Shown piece by piece: positions 40,380 to 52,120 of a DNA stretch of 64,000 nucleotides (the first letter of the stretch is position 1; the number at the start of each line of letters is the position of its first letter). The stretch is from an uncultured Gemmatimonadales bacterium (lineage in GTDB: Bacteria > Gemmatimonadota > Gemmatimonadetes > Longimicrobiales > RSA9): contig OY970192.1 of the NCBI GenBank assembly GCA_963708135.1, forward strand, positions 2,304,001 to 2,368,000, given 5' to 3'. The notes under the pieces are model-generated. The model ran no database searches. It was not told the DNA's origin and was given only the letters and a program-made list of their open reading frames with translations. Made by a program: the position numbers and the translations under genes.

Positions 40380-40408
40380 AAGCTATCGGCGCCCACGTCG
40401 CATGTCAA
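40380..40408 (-). promoter_or_regulatory. Promoter TTGACA-N17-TAGCTT
   Basis: -35 at 40403-40408 contains the TGA stop of the upstream TPR gene; -10 at 40380-40385. Confidence 0.7.
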
Positions 40409-42531
40409 AGCCGCGCCAGCCGTTCCGCGACATCCCGGAAGCGCAGATCCACACCCAGCACGCGCTCGTACGCATCCCGGGCCTCGCCGCGCTTGCCGAG
40501 CTCCTCGAAGCAGCGCCCCAGGTGGTAATAGACGCCCATGAGCTCGGCATCCGCATCGTGGGGAAGCTGCAGCGCCCGCTGCAGCACCTTGAGCGCGACG
40601 TTGTACTGCTGCTTCAGCATGAAGCACTGGCCAAGCTCCTCGTACACCATGAGCCGCTCCTGCCCACCCCTCAACGCCACCTGGAACTCCGCGATCGCCT
40701 CGTCGAGCAGCCCCATCTCCTTGAACGCGAGGCCGAGGTCGTAGTGGCTCGCGGGATCATCCTCGCCCACGCTCTGGGAGACCTTGGCCCTGAACTGCGA
40801 GAGCAGCTCCGCGAAGTCGCGCTCCTCGTCCCCGGTCGGCGTCTTCTCCGCGACGACGAAGCGCGTCAACGCCTCCCCGGGCGGCTCCTCCGGCTCGAGG
40901 AAGCTGGCGAGGTCCACGTAGTCCTCACCCGCCCGGACGGCCGGACCGCTCGGTGAGCGCACGCCCTCCAGCGCCGTGGTGTTCCCCGGGTCCAGGTCCA
41001 GCACGCTCTGGTAGACGACCCGCGCCTTGGTCCGCTCCCCGAGCCGGCGCAGGCAGTCCGCGAGCGCCAGGTAGGCGTCGATCATGCGCCGCCGGTCCGC
41101 GGTGCGGAAAGCATACTCGACGGCGTGCTGGTGGGCCCGCACGTTGTCGCGATCGATCCTCAGCAGCTCACCCACCGCGTCCAGCGCGTGATCGAGGTCG
41201 CCGGCCTGGGCGTACGCGGCGTGCAGCGACTCCAGCGCCCGCAGCCCCGCCGCGCGCTCGCCCCGCGCGAGGGAATCACGCGCCTCCGCCACCGCGCCGG
41301 CAAAGTCGGGCGGCTCCGGCCCCATCGGCGTCGGCGCGGGCGCGCCGGACGGCGCCTCCCCGACCTCCGCATCCGCGAGCCGGTCCGGCTCCGCCATCCC
41401 GGGCGGCTCATCCTCGAATCCATCCGTCCCGAGCAGCGGAAGTGGCGGCGCCTCCTCTTCGTCCTCGAGCTCCGCCTCATCCTCCGGCTCCAGCCCGGCC
41501 CCGAGCCGCGCCCTCGCATCCGCCTCGTGGTCGATCGCGATCAAGGGAAGCGGCGGTCCCGACTCCTCCTCGTCGTCGTCGAGGACCGCGGACGCCTCGT
41601 ACACGTCCTCGGACTCGTCCTCCTCCTCGTATCCGCCGTCGTACTCATCCTCGTCCTCGTCCTCGTCGATCCCCGCGGCCTCGGCGGCGAGGGCCGCCTC
41701 CTCCTCCGGTGTGACGAGCGCGGTCGGCTCCAGCCCGAGATCCTCGCCCACCTCCACGCCGGATTCGGCCGCGCCCTCGTCCGCCAGGCCGGCGGCGCCC
41801 GCGGCGCTCTCCAGCCCGATGTTGGAGAGCCCGGGAAGGCCTGCCGTGTCGGCCTGGACGCCGCCATCGGGCACGTCCGGCGTCGGCGGCGGCTCCTGGA
41901 GGGCAGTGTCCAGGGCATCGGCCGCCGCCGCATCGATCTCGAGCAGCTCGGCCCGGATGGCCTCCGCCTGGTCCGACTCCCCGGCGCGCACGCGTAGCAC
42001 GTAGGCGCGCGTCAGCTCCTCGACGGCTTCCTCGGTGCGGCCGTGTGCCTGGAGCTTGTGCCCCAGCAGCTCACGGACCTCCGGGTCCTCGGAGAGCCGC
42101 GCGAAGTCGGAGAGCGCGGAGAAGGCGTCGTCCAGATCCCCGGCCCTGAACTTCTGCTCCGCGTACTCGAGGAACCATCGCCGGGCGTCAGTATGGAAGC
42201 CCTGGAACGCGCTGAACTGGCCGAGCTTCCGGTACAGCTCGAGGTGCTGCGGGACGTAGCGGAGCGCCTTGTTGCAGAGCGCGATGGCGTTGTTGTAGAG
42301 GCCGGCTTCGGCGTACTTGTCGGCCGCCTGCTCGTAGTAGGACACGGCCTCGGCGGGGCGGCCGACCCGGAGATAGAGGTCGCCGATCCGGTTGAACAGC
42401 GCCAGGTCGGCTTCGGCCTCCCACTGCTCGCCCATGCGCAGGACCTGGAGGTAGGCGCCGATGGCCTTCTCCCAGTCCTCGTTCAGCTCGTGCAGACGAG
42501 CCTGGTCCTTCAGCTTAGAGATCGACTTCAT
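40405..42531 (-). CDS. Multi-TPR protein with acidic linker (SgmX-like architecture)
   Basis: N-terminal TPR array, D/E-rich linker, C-terminal TPRs starting SHYDLGLAFKEMGLLDEAIAEFQ. Confidence 0.85.
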   Translation of the reverse strand: MKSISKLKDQARLHELNEDWEKAIGAYLQVLRMGEQWEAEADLALFNRIGDLYLRVGRPAEAVSYYEQAADKYAEAGLYNNAIALCNKALRYVPQHLELYRKLGQFSAFQGFHTDARRWFLEYAEQKFRAGDLDDAFSALSDFARLSEDPEVRELLGHKLQAHGRTEEAVEELTRAYVLRVRAGESDQAEAIRAELLEIDAAAADALDTALQEPPPTPDVPDGGVQADTAGLPGLSNIGLESAAGAAGLADEGAAESGVEVGEDLGLEPTALVTPEEEAALAAEAAGIDEDEDEDEYDGGYEEEDESEDVYEASAVLDDDEEESGPPLPLIAIDHEADARARLGAGLEPEDEAELEDEEEAPPLPLLGTDGFEDEPPGMAEPDRLADAEVGEAPSGAPAPTPMGPEPPDFAGAVAEARDSLARGERAAGLRALESLHAAYAQAGDLDHALDAVGELLRIDRDNVRAHQHAVEYAFRTADRRRMIDAYLALADCLRRLGERTKARVVYQSVLDLDPGNTTALEGVRSPSGPAVRAGEDYVDLASFLEPEEPPGEALTRFVVAEKTPTGDEERDFAELLSQFRAKVSQSVGEDDPASHYDLGLAFKEMGLLDEAIAEFQVALRGGQERLMVYEELGQCFMLKQQYNVALKVLQRALQLPHDADAELMGVYYHLGRCFEELGKRGEARDAYERVLGVDLRFRDVAERLARL

Positions 42532-43469
42532 TCCCGTTCCGAATCCATGGTGGCGCGCGCCAGGTGGTCAACCAGGCGGCGCGACAGCAGGCGCGCGGCC
42601 GCCGACTCCGGCAGCGCGAGGCGCTCCGCCGCCGCCGGCAGCAGGAGCCCGTCCGGGACCATGCCGATGACTTCCGTCTCGACGACGCGGCCCCCGTGCT
42701 CCGCCGCGAGTGCCTCGATGCGCCGGAACACGGCCAGCGGCGACGTCGCCCCGAGGTCCTCCAGGTTCATCGAGATCTGCACCGCCCGCCGCCGCGGCAG
42801 CTCCAGCCCCAGCGCTCGCAGGCCGCGGAACCCGCCGTCCCGCTCCCGGATCGTCCGCGCGATGCGTCGAGCCACCGCCACCGGAACATCCGCCAGAAAC
42901 ACGTTCCAGGCCAGCAGCAGCGCTCGCGCGCCGACGCACGTGGCGCCCGCCGTAGGGTGCGCGCCGGGATGCGGCCAGCCCGGGGGCACCAGATCCGGGG
43001 AGCGGTCGGGGGGCCAGCCGGGGTTGAGCGCTTCGAAGCCGCCCCTGCGCAGGGTCGCGAGCGAACGGCCGGGCGGCTCGGACGCCTGGCCGTAGAAGTA
43101 GACCGGGATCCCGAGCTCCTCCGCCAGCCGCCGCCCGACGCGCCGGGCACTGGCGCGGGCATCCTCCATTCCGAGGCCCACCAGCGGAACGAAGGGGAGG
43201 ACGTCGAGTGCGCCGATGCGCGGATGCAGCCCCTGGTGGCGCCGGAGGTCGATCTGCTCGAGCGCGACGGCGGCGGCCCGGACGCCCGCCTCCTCGACGA
43301 CCTGCGGGCTGCCCACGACCGTGACGACGGCGCGGTGGTGATCCGGGTCGGACGACCAGTCCAGAACGTCCGCCCCGGCGGCGCGCATCGCGTCCACGAT
43401 GGCCGAGATCGTCTCCGCGCTGCGCCCCTCGCTGAAGTTGGGCACCGCCTCCAGCAGGCGGGCGCTCAT
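42528..43469 (-). CDS. ftcD: Glutamate formiminotransferase
   Basis: EAVPNFSEGR, DPDHHRAV, IDLRRHQGLHPRIGALDVLPF and HPTAGATCVGAR motifs; no cyclodeaminase domain. Confidence 0.93.
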   Translation of the reverse strand: MSARLLEAVPNFSEGRSAETISAIVDAMRAAGADVLDWSSDPDHHRAVVTVVGSPQVVEEAGVRAAAVALEQIDLRRHQGLHPRIGALDVLPFVPLVGLGMEDARASARRVGRRLAEELGIPVYFYGQASEPPGRSLATLRRGGFEALNPGWPPDRSPDLVPPGWPHPGAHPTAGATCVGARALLLAWNVFLADVPVAVARRIARTIRERDGGFRGLRALGLELPRRRAVQISMNLEDLGATSPLAVFRRIEALAAEHGGRVVETEVIGMVPDGLLLPAAAERLALPESAAARLLSRRLVDHLARATMDSERE

Positions 43470-43477
43470 CGGCGTCG

Positions 43478-43506
43478 AAGATACAGAGGGTCCATGTGTC
43501 TCACAA
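43478..43506 (-). promoter_or_regulatory. Promoter TTGTGA-N17-TATCTT, 8 nt before the ftcD ATG (leaderless-type)
   Basis: -35 at 43501-43506, -10 at 43478-43483; no SD. Confidence 0.55.
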
Positions 43507-43515
43507 GCGGATCGC

Positions 43516-44732
43516 TCACTCCACGCGCGCGCCGTTCTTCCAGACGCCGCGCACAAGGTTGACACCGTAGCGGTAGGCGATCTCGCGGTGGTCGGCGGTG
43601 GCCCAGAGGACGAGGTCCGCGGGCACGCCGGGGGCCACCGTGCCCCGGCCATCCTCCAGCCGTAGCGCGCGCGCGCCCGCGGCCGTGGCGGCCACCAGCG
43701 CCTCGAGCGGCTCGAACCCCATCTGCGAGCACGCCATGGTCATGACGAGCGCCAGGTTGGGGGAAGGCGAGGAGCCGGGATTGAAGTCGGTGGCCAGCGC
43801 CACCGTGGCGCCGCTGTCCAGCAGCCGCCGCCCGGGGGCGTAGTGGGTCTTGCCCAGGAAGAACAGGGTGCCCGGCAGCAGGGTGGCGACCGTAGCGGAG
43901 CGTGCGAGCGCCCGCACCCCTGCGTCCGTCACGGCGCCGAGATGGTCCGCCGAGGCGGCCCCGACCTCCACCGCGAGCTCGGCGCCGCCCGAGGGCTCCA
44001 GCTCATCGGCGTGCAGCTTCGGCACGAGGCCGTGATCCATGCCCGCCTCGAGGATCCGGCGCGTCTCCGCCGCGGTGAAGACGCCCGGCTCCATGAAAAC
44101 ATCGCAGAAGCGGGCGAGCCCCTCGGCCGCGACGGCCGGGATCATCTCCCGCACGAGCAACTCCACGTACTCGCCGCGGCGCCCGCCACGGTACTCGGGC
44201 GGGAGCTCGTGCGCCCCGAGGAACGTCGGCACCAGGTCGATCGGGCCCTCGGCCTCCAGGCGTTGAACGACCCGGAGCATCTTCAGCTCGTCCTCCGTGC
44301 GAAGCCCGTAGCCGCTCTTCACCTCGGCCGTCGTGGTGCCGTGGCGCAGCATCTCGCGCACCCGCGGCCGCGTCAGCTCGACCAGCTCGTCCTCGCTGCG
44401 CGTGCGCAGGTCCTTCACGGAGGCATTGATCCCGCCGCCGCGGCGCGCGATCTCCATGTACGGCACACCGCGGGCGCGGAGCGCGTACTCCGCCGCGCGC
44501 CACACGCCGAAGACGGCATGGGTGTGGGAGTCCACCAGTCCCGGGCTGACGACGCCGCCGCCGCAGCGCACGCGGTCCGCATCCGGATGGCGGGCGAGCA
44601 GCTCCCCGTCGGACGCCATATCCGTCACCACGCCGTCCTCCACGGCGAGGCCGGTGCCGTGAAGGACACCGCTCTCCGGACCCGCGGACCGGCCGGTCAC
44701 GAGCTGTCCGATGTCGGTGAAGATCGTGGTGC

Positions 44733-44736
<4 letters not shown>
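43516..44736 (-). CDS. hutI: Imidazolonepropionase
   Basis: PGLVDSHTH, GGGI, EVKSGYGL, FLGAH, KLHADEL and ATDFNPG motifs. Confidence 0.97.
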
Positions 44737-46265
<1,529 letters not shown>

Positions 46266-46273
46266 GATGGGCG

Positions 46274-46302
46274 AAGATAGACCGGCCCGCGGAGGGCGAC
46301 AA
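46274..46302 (-). promoter_or_regulatory. Promoter TTGTCG-N17-TATCTT, 8 nt before the hutH ATG (leaderless-type)
   Basis: -35 at 46297-46302, -10 at 46274-46279; no SD. Confidence 0.55.
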
Positions 46303-46368
46303 GCGCACCCCGCGGGCAGGGGAGAAGGCGCCGCCGGCCGCGCCGCACGGCCTGGCCGGGCGAACGGC

Positions 46369-49300
46369 TCAAGACGGGGGCAGACCCCGGCGGTACGAGT
46401 TGCCGCCCAGGTCGCGGTAGTCGAACTTGAGGTCGGGGTTGGCGCGCAGGTTCACCCTGAACTGGAAGCTGAAGTTCCCGTTCTGCGCCTTCACGAAGTC
46501 GAAGTGTGCCTCCCACTCGTGGAGGTCGCGCGTGAGCGTCAGGACGTGGTCCAGGAAGCCGTGGTCGCTGAAGGAGTAGCCGGTGCGCCACGTGACGTTC
46601 CAGTGCTCCGTCGGCTGCAGGGTGAGGTTGGCCTGCAGCGTCTGGGTCCCGACGCCGCCCTCGCGCGGGCGGAGCATCGAGTAGTTGAGCGAGGCGCGCC
46701 AGCCGCCGATCGGCCCGGAGCGCTGCGCGAGCCCGAGCTGGTCGGCCTGCGCGCTGGACTGGCCCACGATGGAGAGCCCCTGCTGCGCCGAGATCGCCTG
46801 CGCGCTCGTGTCCGCCGGCGTGGCCGCCTGCTGGACCGGCTTCTTCACGTCCTTGGCGGGGCCGAGCCCGAGAGTCCGGAAGAGCCACGAGTTGCCGTCC
46901 AGCGAGAACGACATGCTCACATTGCTCAGGTGCGGATCGAAAATCTTGCCGTGCGGCGCCGTGGTGTCCGACCGGAACAGGTCCTGCCCGAGAGAGAGGG
47001 AGAGGCCGGGCAGCAGGTCGGAGCGCACCGTGTTCGTCAGGGTGGTATTGCCATCGAAGAAGCCAAAGGGGACGCGGCGTCCCAGGCGCTGAGATGCCAG
47101 CGTGTCCGTCACGAAGTTGTACGCCACGGCGCTCGTGGTCAGCTCGAGCAGCTTCATCTTGCGGGACTGCTCGAGGTGGCGCGGTTCGCCGGGGGTCCCC
47201 AGGTCCGCGGTGTCCTGGGCCACGGTGTCCGGCGCCAGTGTATCCCCCGCCTCCTTCGCCTTCTCCTTGAACTTGGCCTCGATCGACTGAGAGATCCCGA
47301 TCGAGATGGCGTTGACCTGCCGGATCGAGAGGCCGGACGCCCCGAAGACGCTGTCCTGCAGGGGACTGATCGAGCCCGGCGACGGCGCCGGCGAGTAGTT
47401 GTAGCTGAGAGTCGGGCTCACGCGGTGGCGGATCCGGCTGAACGGGCCGAAGCCCGGCCAGAAGCCGTAGACGCTGGTGGCCAGGCCGGCGCCGAAGTTG
47501 AGGCGCAGCGGCGCGGAGACGAGCTGTCCGTGCGAGACGTCGTTGCGGACCGCCTGCCCCTGGAGCGCCAGCTGCGGCGTGAGGGTCGTGCTGCCGATGA
47601 GCTGCTGCTGGTAGTTGATCGAGGTGCTCCAGGTCAGCCGGTCCTGGAGCTGCCCCGCCAGCGCCGTGTCCGGCAGCTCGACGCCCACCGAATCATAGAG
47701 GGGACGGCTGAGCCGGGTGCTCTTGTCGAGGTTCGCGGTCTGCGAGAGCGAGAAGGAGCCCACCCGCAGCGAGGTGTTCGCGCTGGCGCTCAGCGCGCGG
47801 GCGTCCTGCGCGCCGGGGTGCGCCGCGAAGTTGCTGTTGTCGGTCTTCGACCACCGCGCGCTGGCGTTTCCCGTCAGCGTCATGTTGTTGTACCAGCTGT
47901 TGTGCAACCCGGGCGCCGCGAAGAGCGTGACCGGCGAGAGGTTGAGGCCCACGCTCGGCAGCGTCCAGTCAACCTTGTCCTGCGTGACCGACTGGCGGCG
48001 CGAGAGCTGGAGATTGACCGAGCCCCAGTCGAAGCGGCGGTTGAGGCCGGCGTTCGAGGTGATGTCGCGGTTCAGCTCGGTCGGATCGAAGGACTGCTGC
48101 TGCACGAACTGGCTGGACGAGGCATAGGTCCCGTCCACGCGCACCTGCGTCCGCTCGTCCGGCTGCCAGCTGTTGCTGGCGTTCACCGTCAGCTCGCTGC
48201 CGCCCTCCTGCTTCCAGTAGCGCTGCAGCGTGATGGAGCCATCGAGGAACTGCCGCAGCCACTTGTAGTCGAAGCTGCCACGCAGCGCCGTGTAGTTGTT
48301 GCTGAACCAGTCGACCGCCAGCTCGCTTCCGAGATGGTCGCTGATCGCCCAGTAGAAGCCGAGATTGCTGAGCCGCCGGTTGTAGCTCTGCCTGGTGCGC
48401 GCGATGTCGTTGATGTCGAAGCGCGGCATGAGGAGCCCGCTGCGCCGTCCCTGCTTGGTGCTCTGCATCATGAACGGCAGCCAGAAGACGGGCACGTCCG
48501 CGAAGCTGAGCGTGACGTTCCGGGCCACCAGCACGTCGTTCTTGATGATCTTGACCTCGTGCGCCGTGAAGTGGTAGTGAGGCACCTCGAGGTTGCAGTC
48601 GGTGAACTCGGCGTTCTTGCCGTAGAGCAGCTGGTCGCCGACGGGATAGACGTCGCCGTGGACGTACCAGGTGCCCTGCTCGCTGAACTGCGTGCGCGCG
48701 CCCCGGGCCAGCCCGATCTTCCGGTTCACGTCGTAGCATACCTGCTCGCTCTGCACCGGCGCGCTCTGCCCGGCGCCGGTCAGCACCGGCTTGCCGTAGC
48801 CGCACGCCACGGACGTGTCCAGGTTGTAGACCAGCATCGAGTCCGCGGCCATGGCCTGCGTGCCCTGCGCCACCTGCGCCGGCCCCTTCAGCACCAGACG
48901 CGCGCTATCGGCCCGGTAGCGGGCCTCCGAGCCCGAGTACACGGCGGCGCTGTAGCCGGGGATCTTCAGGAGCTCGTCCATGATGGAGTCGCGGGCGATC
49001 GGCTGCGGGGTGTTGCCGCCCCCACCCCCGGGCGCCGCCGGGAGAGCCGGCGTCGCGCGCGCCTGCTGCGCCGCGGCGGCGGCCGCGGAGTCCTGGCGAA
49101 CCCGCACGCTGTCGGGCGTGGTATCGCGCCGCTCCAGCAGCTGCAGCTTGTCGAGGAGCAGCTCGCGCGTGGTCTTCGGCTTCGAGGTGTCGGACACCGC
49201 CGGCCGCACGGCCGTGTCGGGCCGCGGGGTCCGTCGCACCGTATCCGCCCGGACAGGCGTGGGCTGCTGCGCGGCGAGCGGAGCCGCCGCGGCCAGGGCG

Positions 49301-49392
49301 ATGCCGACGGCGAGGGCGGCACGCCGCGCGGCGGCCGCGGGCAGGACCCACGGCCGCCGGCGCTCGCGGCCCGTGCGCGGAGCGCTCCTCAT
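46369..49392 (-). CDS. lptD: Putative LPS-assembly protein LptD
   Basis: Signal peptide, beta-jellyroll region, FTDCNLEVPHYHF, PVFWLPF..QGRRSGLLMP, C-terminal barrel with LTRDLHEW. Confidence 0.85.
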   Translation of the reverse strand: MRSAPRTGRERRRPWVLPAAAARRAALAVGIALAAAAPLAAQQPTPVRADTVRRTPRPDTAVRPAVSDTSKPKTTRELLLDKLQLLERRDTTPDSVRVRQDSAAAAAAQQARATPALPAAPGGGGGNTPQPIARDSIMDELLKIPGYSAAVYSGSEARYRADSARLVLKGPAQVAQGTQAMAADSMLVYNLDTSVACGYGKPVLTGAGQSAPVQSEQVCYDVNRKIGLARGARTQFSEQGTWYVHGDVYPVGDQLLYGKNAEFTDCNLEVPHYHFTAHEVKIIKNDVLVARNVTLSFADVPVFWLPFMMQSTKQGRRSGLLMPRFDINDIARTRQSYNRRLSNLGFYWAISDHLGSELAVDWFSNNYTALRGSFDYKWLRQFLDGSITLQRYWKQEGGSELTVNASNSWQPDERTQVRVDGTYASSSQFVQQQSFDPTELNRDITSNAGLNRRFDWGSVNLQLSRRQSVTQDKVDWTLPSVGLNLSPVTLFAAPGLHNSWYNNMTLTGNASARWSKTDNSNFAAHPGAQDARALSASANTSLRVGSFSLSQTANLDKSTRLSRPLYDSVGVELPDTALAGQLQDRLTWSTSINYQQQLIGSTTLTPQLALQGQAVRNDVSHGQLVSAPLRLNFGAGLATSVYGFWPGFGPFSRIRHRVSPTLSYNYSPAPSPGSISPLQDSVFGASGLSIRQVNAISIGISQSIEAKFKEKAKEAGDTLAPDTVAQDTADLGTPGEPRHLEQSRKMKLLELTTSAVAYNFVTDTLASQRLGRRVPFGFFDGNTTLTNTVRSDLLPGLSLSLGQDLFRSDTTAPHGKIFDPHLSNVSMSFSLDGNSWLFRTLGLGPAKDVKKPVQQAATPADTSAQAISAQQGLSIVGQSSAQADQLGLAQRSGPIGGWRASLNYSMLRPREGGVGTQTLQANLTLQPTEHWNVTWRTGYSFSDHGFLDHVLTLTRDLHEWEAHFDFVKAQNGNFSFQFRVNLRANPDLKFDYRDLGGNSYRRGLPPS

Positions 49393-50201
49393 ATCCCCTC
49401 CGGCAGCCCCTGCGCGGCCTCGCGCGCCGCGGCCGCCGCCTCCCTCTTCCGCCGCCGCCGCTCGACCAGCCGGGCGAGGGCGATGCTCATCTCGTAGAGG
49501 AGCATCAGCGGCGCCATGAGGAAGACGGTGAGGGAGACCGCGTCTCCCGGCGTCAGGACGCTGGCCACCACGGCGGTGATGGCGATCGCATAGCGGCGCA
49601 TGGCCACCAGCATCCGGGAGCTCACGATGCCGAGGGTGGAGAGGATCAGCACCACGACCGGCAGCTCGAAGATGGCGCCGAAGCCGATGATCAACTGGAG
49701 GACGAAGCCGAGGTAGGAGTCGATGACGATGTTCTGCTCGAGGCTGCCGGTCTGGAAGCCCATCATGAAGCGGAGCGTGAGCGGCAGCGCGCCGAAGTAG
49801 GCCAGCGATGCCCCCGCGAGGAACAGCACGAGCCCGAGGTAGAGCGCGGGCAGGATCGATCGCTTCTCGTGCCCGTGGAGCGCCGGCGAGACGAAGGCCC
49901 AGACCTGATAGAGCACCACCGGGAACGCGAGCAGCAGACCGACGGTGATGGCCAGCCTGATCGTGATGAAGAAGGGATCCGCGGGGCTCAGGTACTTCAG
50001 CCTCGTGCCGCCGAGGAAGGGGCGGATCGGGGCGATGAGGACGCCCAGGACATCGAACCGGTTGACGAGGTAGAAGCCGACGAGCGTGCCCACCAGCACC
50101 GCCGCCAGGCTCCACAGGATCCGCCAGCGCAGCTCTTCCAGGTGGTCCAGGAAGGGCATCTCATCGGGGGAGGCTCCCCGCTTGAACTTCATATCGATCA
50201 A
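49389..50201 (-). CDS. tatC: Sec-independent translocase TatC
   Basis: EMPFLDHLEELRWR, YQVWAFVSPAL, FELP and LLYE motifs; the start may be ATG 50192. Confidence 0.96.
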   Translation of the reverse strand: MIDMKFKRGASPDEMPFLDHLEELRWRILWSLAAVLVGTLVGFYLVNRFDVLGVLIAPIRPFLGGTRLKYLSPADPFFITIRLAITVGLLLAFPVVLYQVWAFVSPALHGHEKRSILPALYLGLVLFLAGASLAYFGALPLTLRFMMGFQTGSLEQNIVIDSYLGFVLQLIIGFGAIFELPVVVLILSTLGIVSSRMLVAMRRYAIAITAVVASVLTPGDAVSLTVFLMAPLMLLYEMSIALARLVERRRRKREAAAAAREAAQGLPEGI

Positions 50202-50695
50202 AGAGGCAGCTCGGCCTGGCCCTCGTTCTGCGCCGCCCGGGCGCGACGGGCGCTCAGGTCACGAAGTTCCTCATAGAACTCATCCAGGTCCTGAAAGTTC
50301 CGGTAAACCGAGGCGAATCGGACGTAGGCGACGTGGTCGAGCGACTTCAGCCGCTCCATGACCATCTCGCCCAGGACGCGGCTCTCCACCTCCTCCTCCG
50401 CCAGCTGCGAGAGCTCGTCCTCGATGCCATCCACCACCGATTCGATCTCCGACTGCTGGATCGGCCGCTTGGCGCACGCGAGCCGCACGGACCGCAGCAG
50501 CTTGCGGCGATCGTACGGCTCGGAGGCGCCATCGCGCTTGAGCACGTGGACCGCGCGGTCCTCCACGTACTCGTAGGTGGTGAAGCGGCGGCTGCACGTC
50601 AGGCACTCGCGGCGGCGCCGGATGGCCCGGCCCTCGCGGCTCGTGCGCGAGTCGACCACCCGATCCTCGGTCCCGTGACAGTAGGGGCAGCGCAT
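50198..50695 (-). CDS. nrdR: Transcriptional repressor NrdR
   Basis: MRCPYC...RRRRECLTCSRRFTTYE, ATP cone, VAYVRFASVY. Confidence 0.98.
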   Translation of the reverse strand: MRCPYCHGTEDRVVDSRTSREGRAIRRRRECLTCSRRFTTYEYVEDRAVHVLKRDGASEPYDRRKLLRSVRLACAKRPIQQSEIESVVDGIEDELSQLAEEEVESRVLGEMVMERLKSLDHVAYVRFASVYRNFQDLDEFYEELRDLSARRARAAQNEGQAELPL

Positions 50696-50708
50696 GGCGG
50701 CGCCATCC

Positions 50709-51494
50709 TCAGCGCTTCAGGCGCCTGAGCTTCGCGGCGGCCTCGGTCGCCTCGTCCGACTTCGGGTAGCGGGCCCGCACGCGCTCGAAGTAGTCGCGGG
50801 CCTTCTTCGCGCTGCCGTGCTCCTGGGCCACCACCCCCGCGCGCAGGAGCGCCGCCGGAGCGCGCGGGGAGCTGGGGTAGAGCTCCACCACCTGGTCGAA
50901 GGCGGCGTAGGCGGAGTCGTACTTCTGATCGAGCACGTACGTTTCCGCCAGGCCGAACTGGGCGTCGGGCGCACGGGCATCGTTCGGGTAGCTCTCGAGC
51001 AATTGCTGGAAGGCCTTCCGCGCCGTGGCGGCGGCGCCCTTCTGCAGCTGGTCCGCGCCCAGCTGGTAGAGCACGTCCGGCCCGGGCGTGCCGGCCGGCG
51101 GCGGCGCGACATTGCGCGGGGCGCCGCCAGTCGTGTCCCCGGGCAGCGGCTCCTGCAGCCGCTCCCGGTTGGCCTCCATCTGCTGGTTGAGATCCTGGAG
51201 CCGGCGCTGGCTCTGGCCGACCAGCTCCTGGATCTGGACCAGCTGCTGCTCGAGATCCAGCAGCTGGTGCCCCAGATCGCCGCGCACCCGCACCAGCAGG
51301 TCCGTGCCGGCGCGCACCGAGTCGAGCAGCATGGCCTGGCGCCTCTCGGCCACCCGCGCGAGCGAATCCTGCTTGGCATCCAGCACGGCGATCTGGGCGC
51401 GCAGGTCCCGCACGTCGCGCTTGGTCGCGCACCCGGCGAGGGCCGCCGCGCCCAGGAAGAGCGCGAGCGGCCGCACGATGCGGGTCTCGATCAC
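50709..51494 (-). CDS. cpoB: Tol-Pal system TPR lipoprotein YbgF/CpoB
   Basis: Lipobox LAGC, coiled coil, TPRs ending YPKS.EA; follows pal. Confidence 0.88.
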   Translation of the reverse strand: MIETRIVRPLALFLGAAALAGCATKRDVRDLRAQIAVLDAKQDSLARVAERRQAMLLDSVRAGTDLLVRVRGDLGHQLLDLEQQLVQIQELVGQSQRRLQDLNQQMEANRERLQEPLPGDTTGGAPRNVAPPPAGTPGPDVLYQLGADQLQKGAAATARKAFQQLLESYPNDARAPDAQFGLAETYVLDQKYDSAYAAFDQVVELYPSSPRAPAALLRAGVVAQEHGSAKKARDYFERVRARYPKSDEATEAAAKLRRLKR

Positions 51495-52084
51495 CGCCCG
51501 CCCCCGGGCATGGTCAGCTGCTCACCACCGCTGGTCACCTGGAACACGTCACGGCGATTGCGGGCGTAGGCCGTCTCGTCGTGGCCGGGGTCCGCCGGCC
51601 GCTCCTCGCCCCAGCTCTCCGTCTGGATCCTCGAGCCATCGATGCCGAAGCCCGTGATGTAGGCCTTGGCCGCCTCGGCGCGCCGCTGCCCGAGCGCGAG
51701 GTTGTACTCGGTCGAGCCGCGCTCGTCCGCGTTCCCGGCAACGAGCACGTGCACATCGGGGTTCGCCCGCAGGACGGCGACCTTCTGGTCCAGCGTCGCC
51801 TTCGCGTCATCGCGGATGTCGGACTGGTCGTAGTCGAAGTAGATCTCCTGCGACAGCACGTCGCGGGCACGCTGCGCGGCCGCCGCGGCGGCGCGAGCGG
51901 CCTCCTCGTCCCTCTGCCGGCGCGCGGCCTCGGCGCGCGCGATCGAGTCCGCCCTGGCCCGCGCGTTGGCCGCGGCGGTGTCGGGCGCCTGCGGGGCGGG
52001 CGTGGGGGGTGGCGCCTTCTTGCCGCAGGCGCCCACGGTGAGGGCCGTCAGAAGCACGGTAAGCACGACTCGGCGGTCCATCAT
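51491..52084 (-). CDS. pal: Peptidoglycan-associated lipoprotein
   Basis: Lipobox VGAC, IYFDYD, DERGSTEYNLALGQRRA and NRR motifs. Confidence 0.96.
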   Translation of the reverse strand: MMDRRVVLTVLLTALTVGACGKKAPPPTPAPQAPDTAAANARARADSIARAEAARRQRDEEAARAAAAAAQRARDVLSQEIYFDYDQSDIRDDAKATLDQKVAVLRANPDVHVLVAGNADERGSTEYNLALGQRRAEAAKAYITGFGIDGSRIQTESWGEERPADPGHDETAYARNRRDVFQVTSGGEQLTMPGGGR

Positions 52085-52120
52085 CGGATCTCCTCGAGTT
52101 GGGGGTGGTTTCGAGACTGC

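Noticed and set aside
41560..41710. (tcg/tcc)n-like repeats, also in 34200-36000
   Set aside because: They encode Asp/Glu tracts of TPR linkers; not a CRISPR array or DNA-level repeat.
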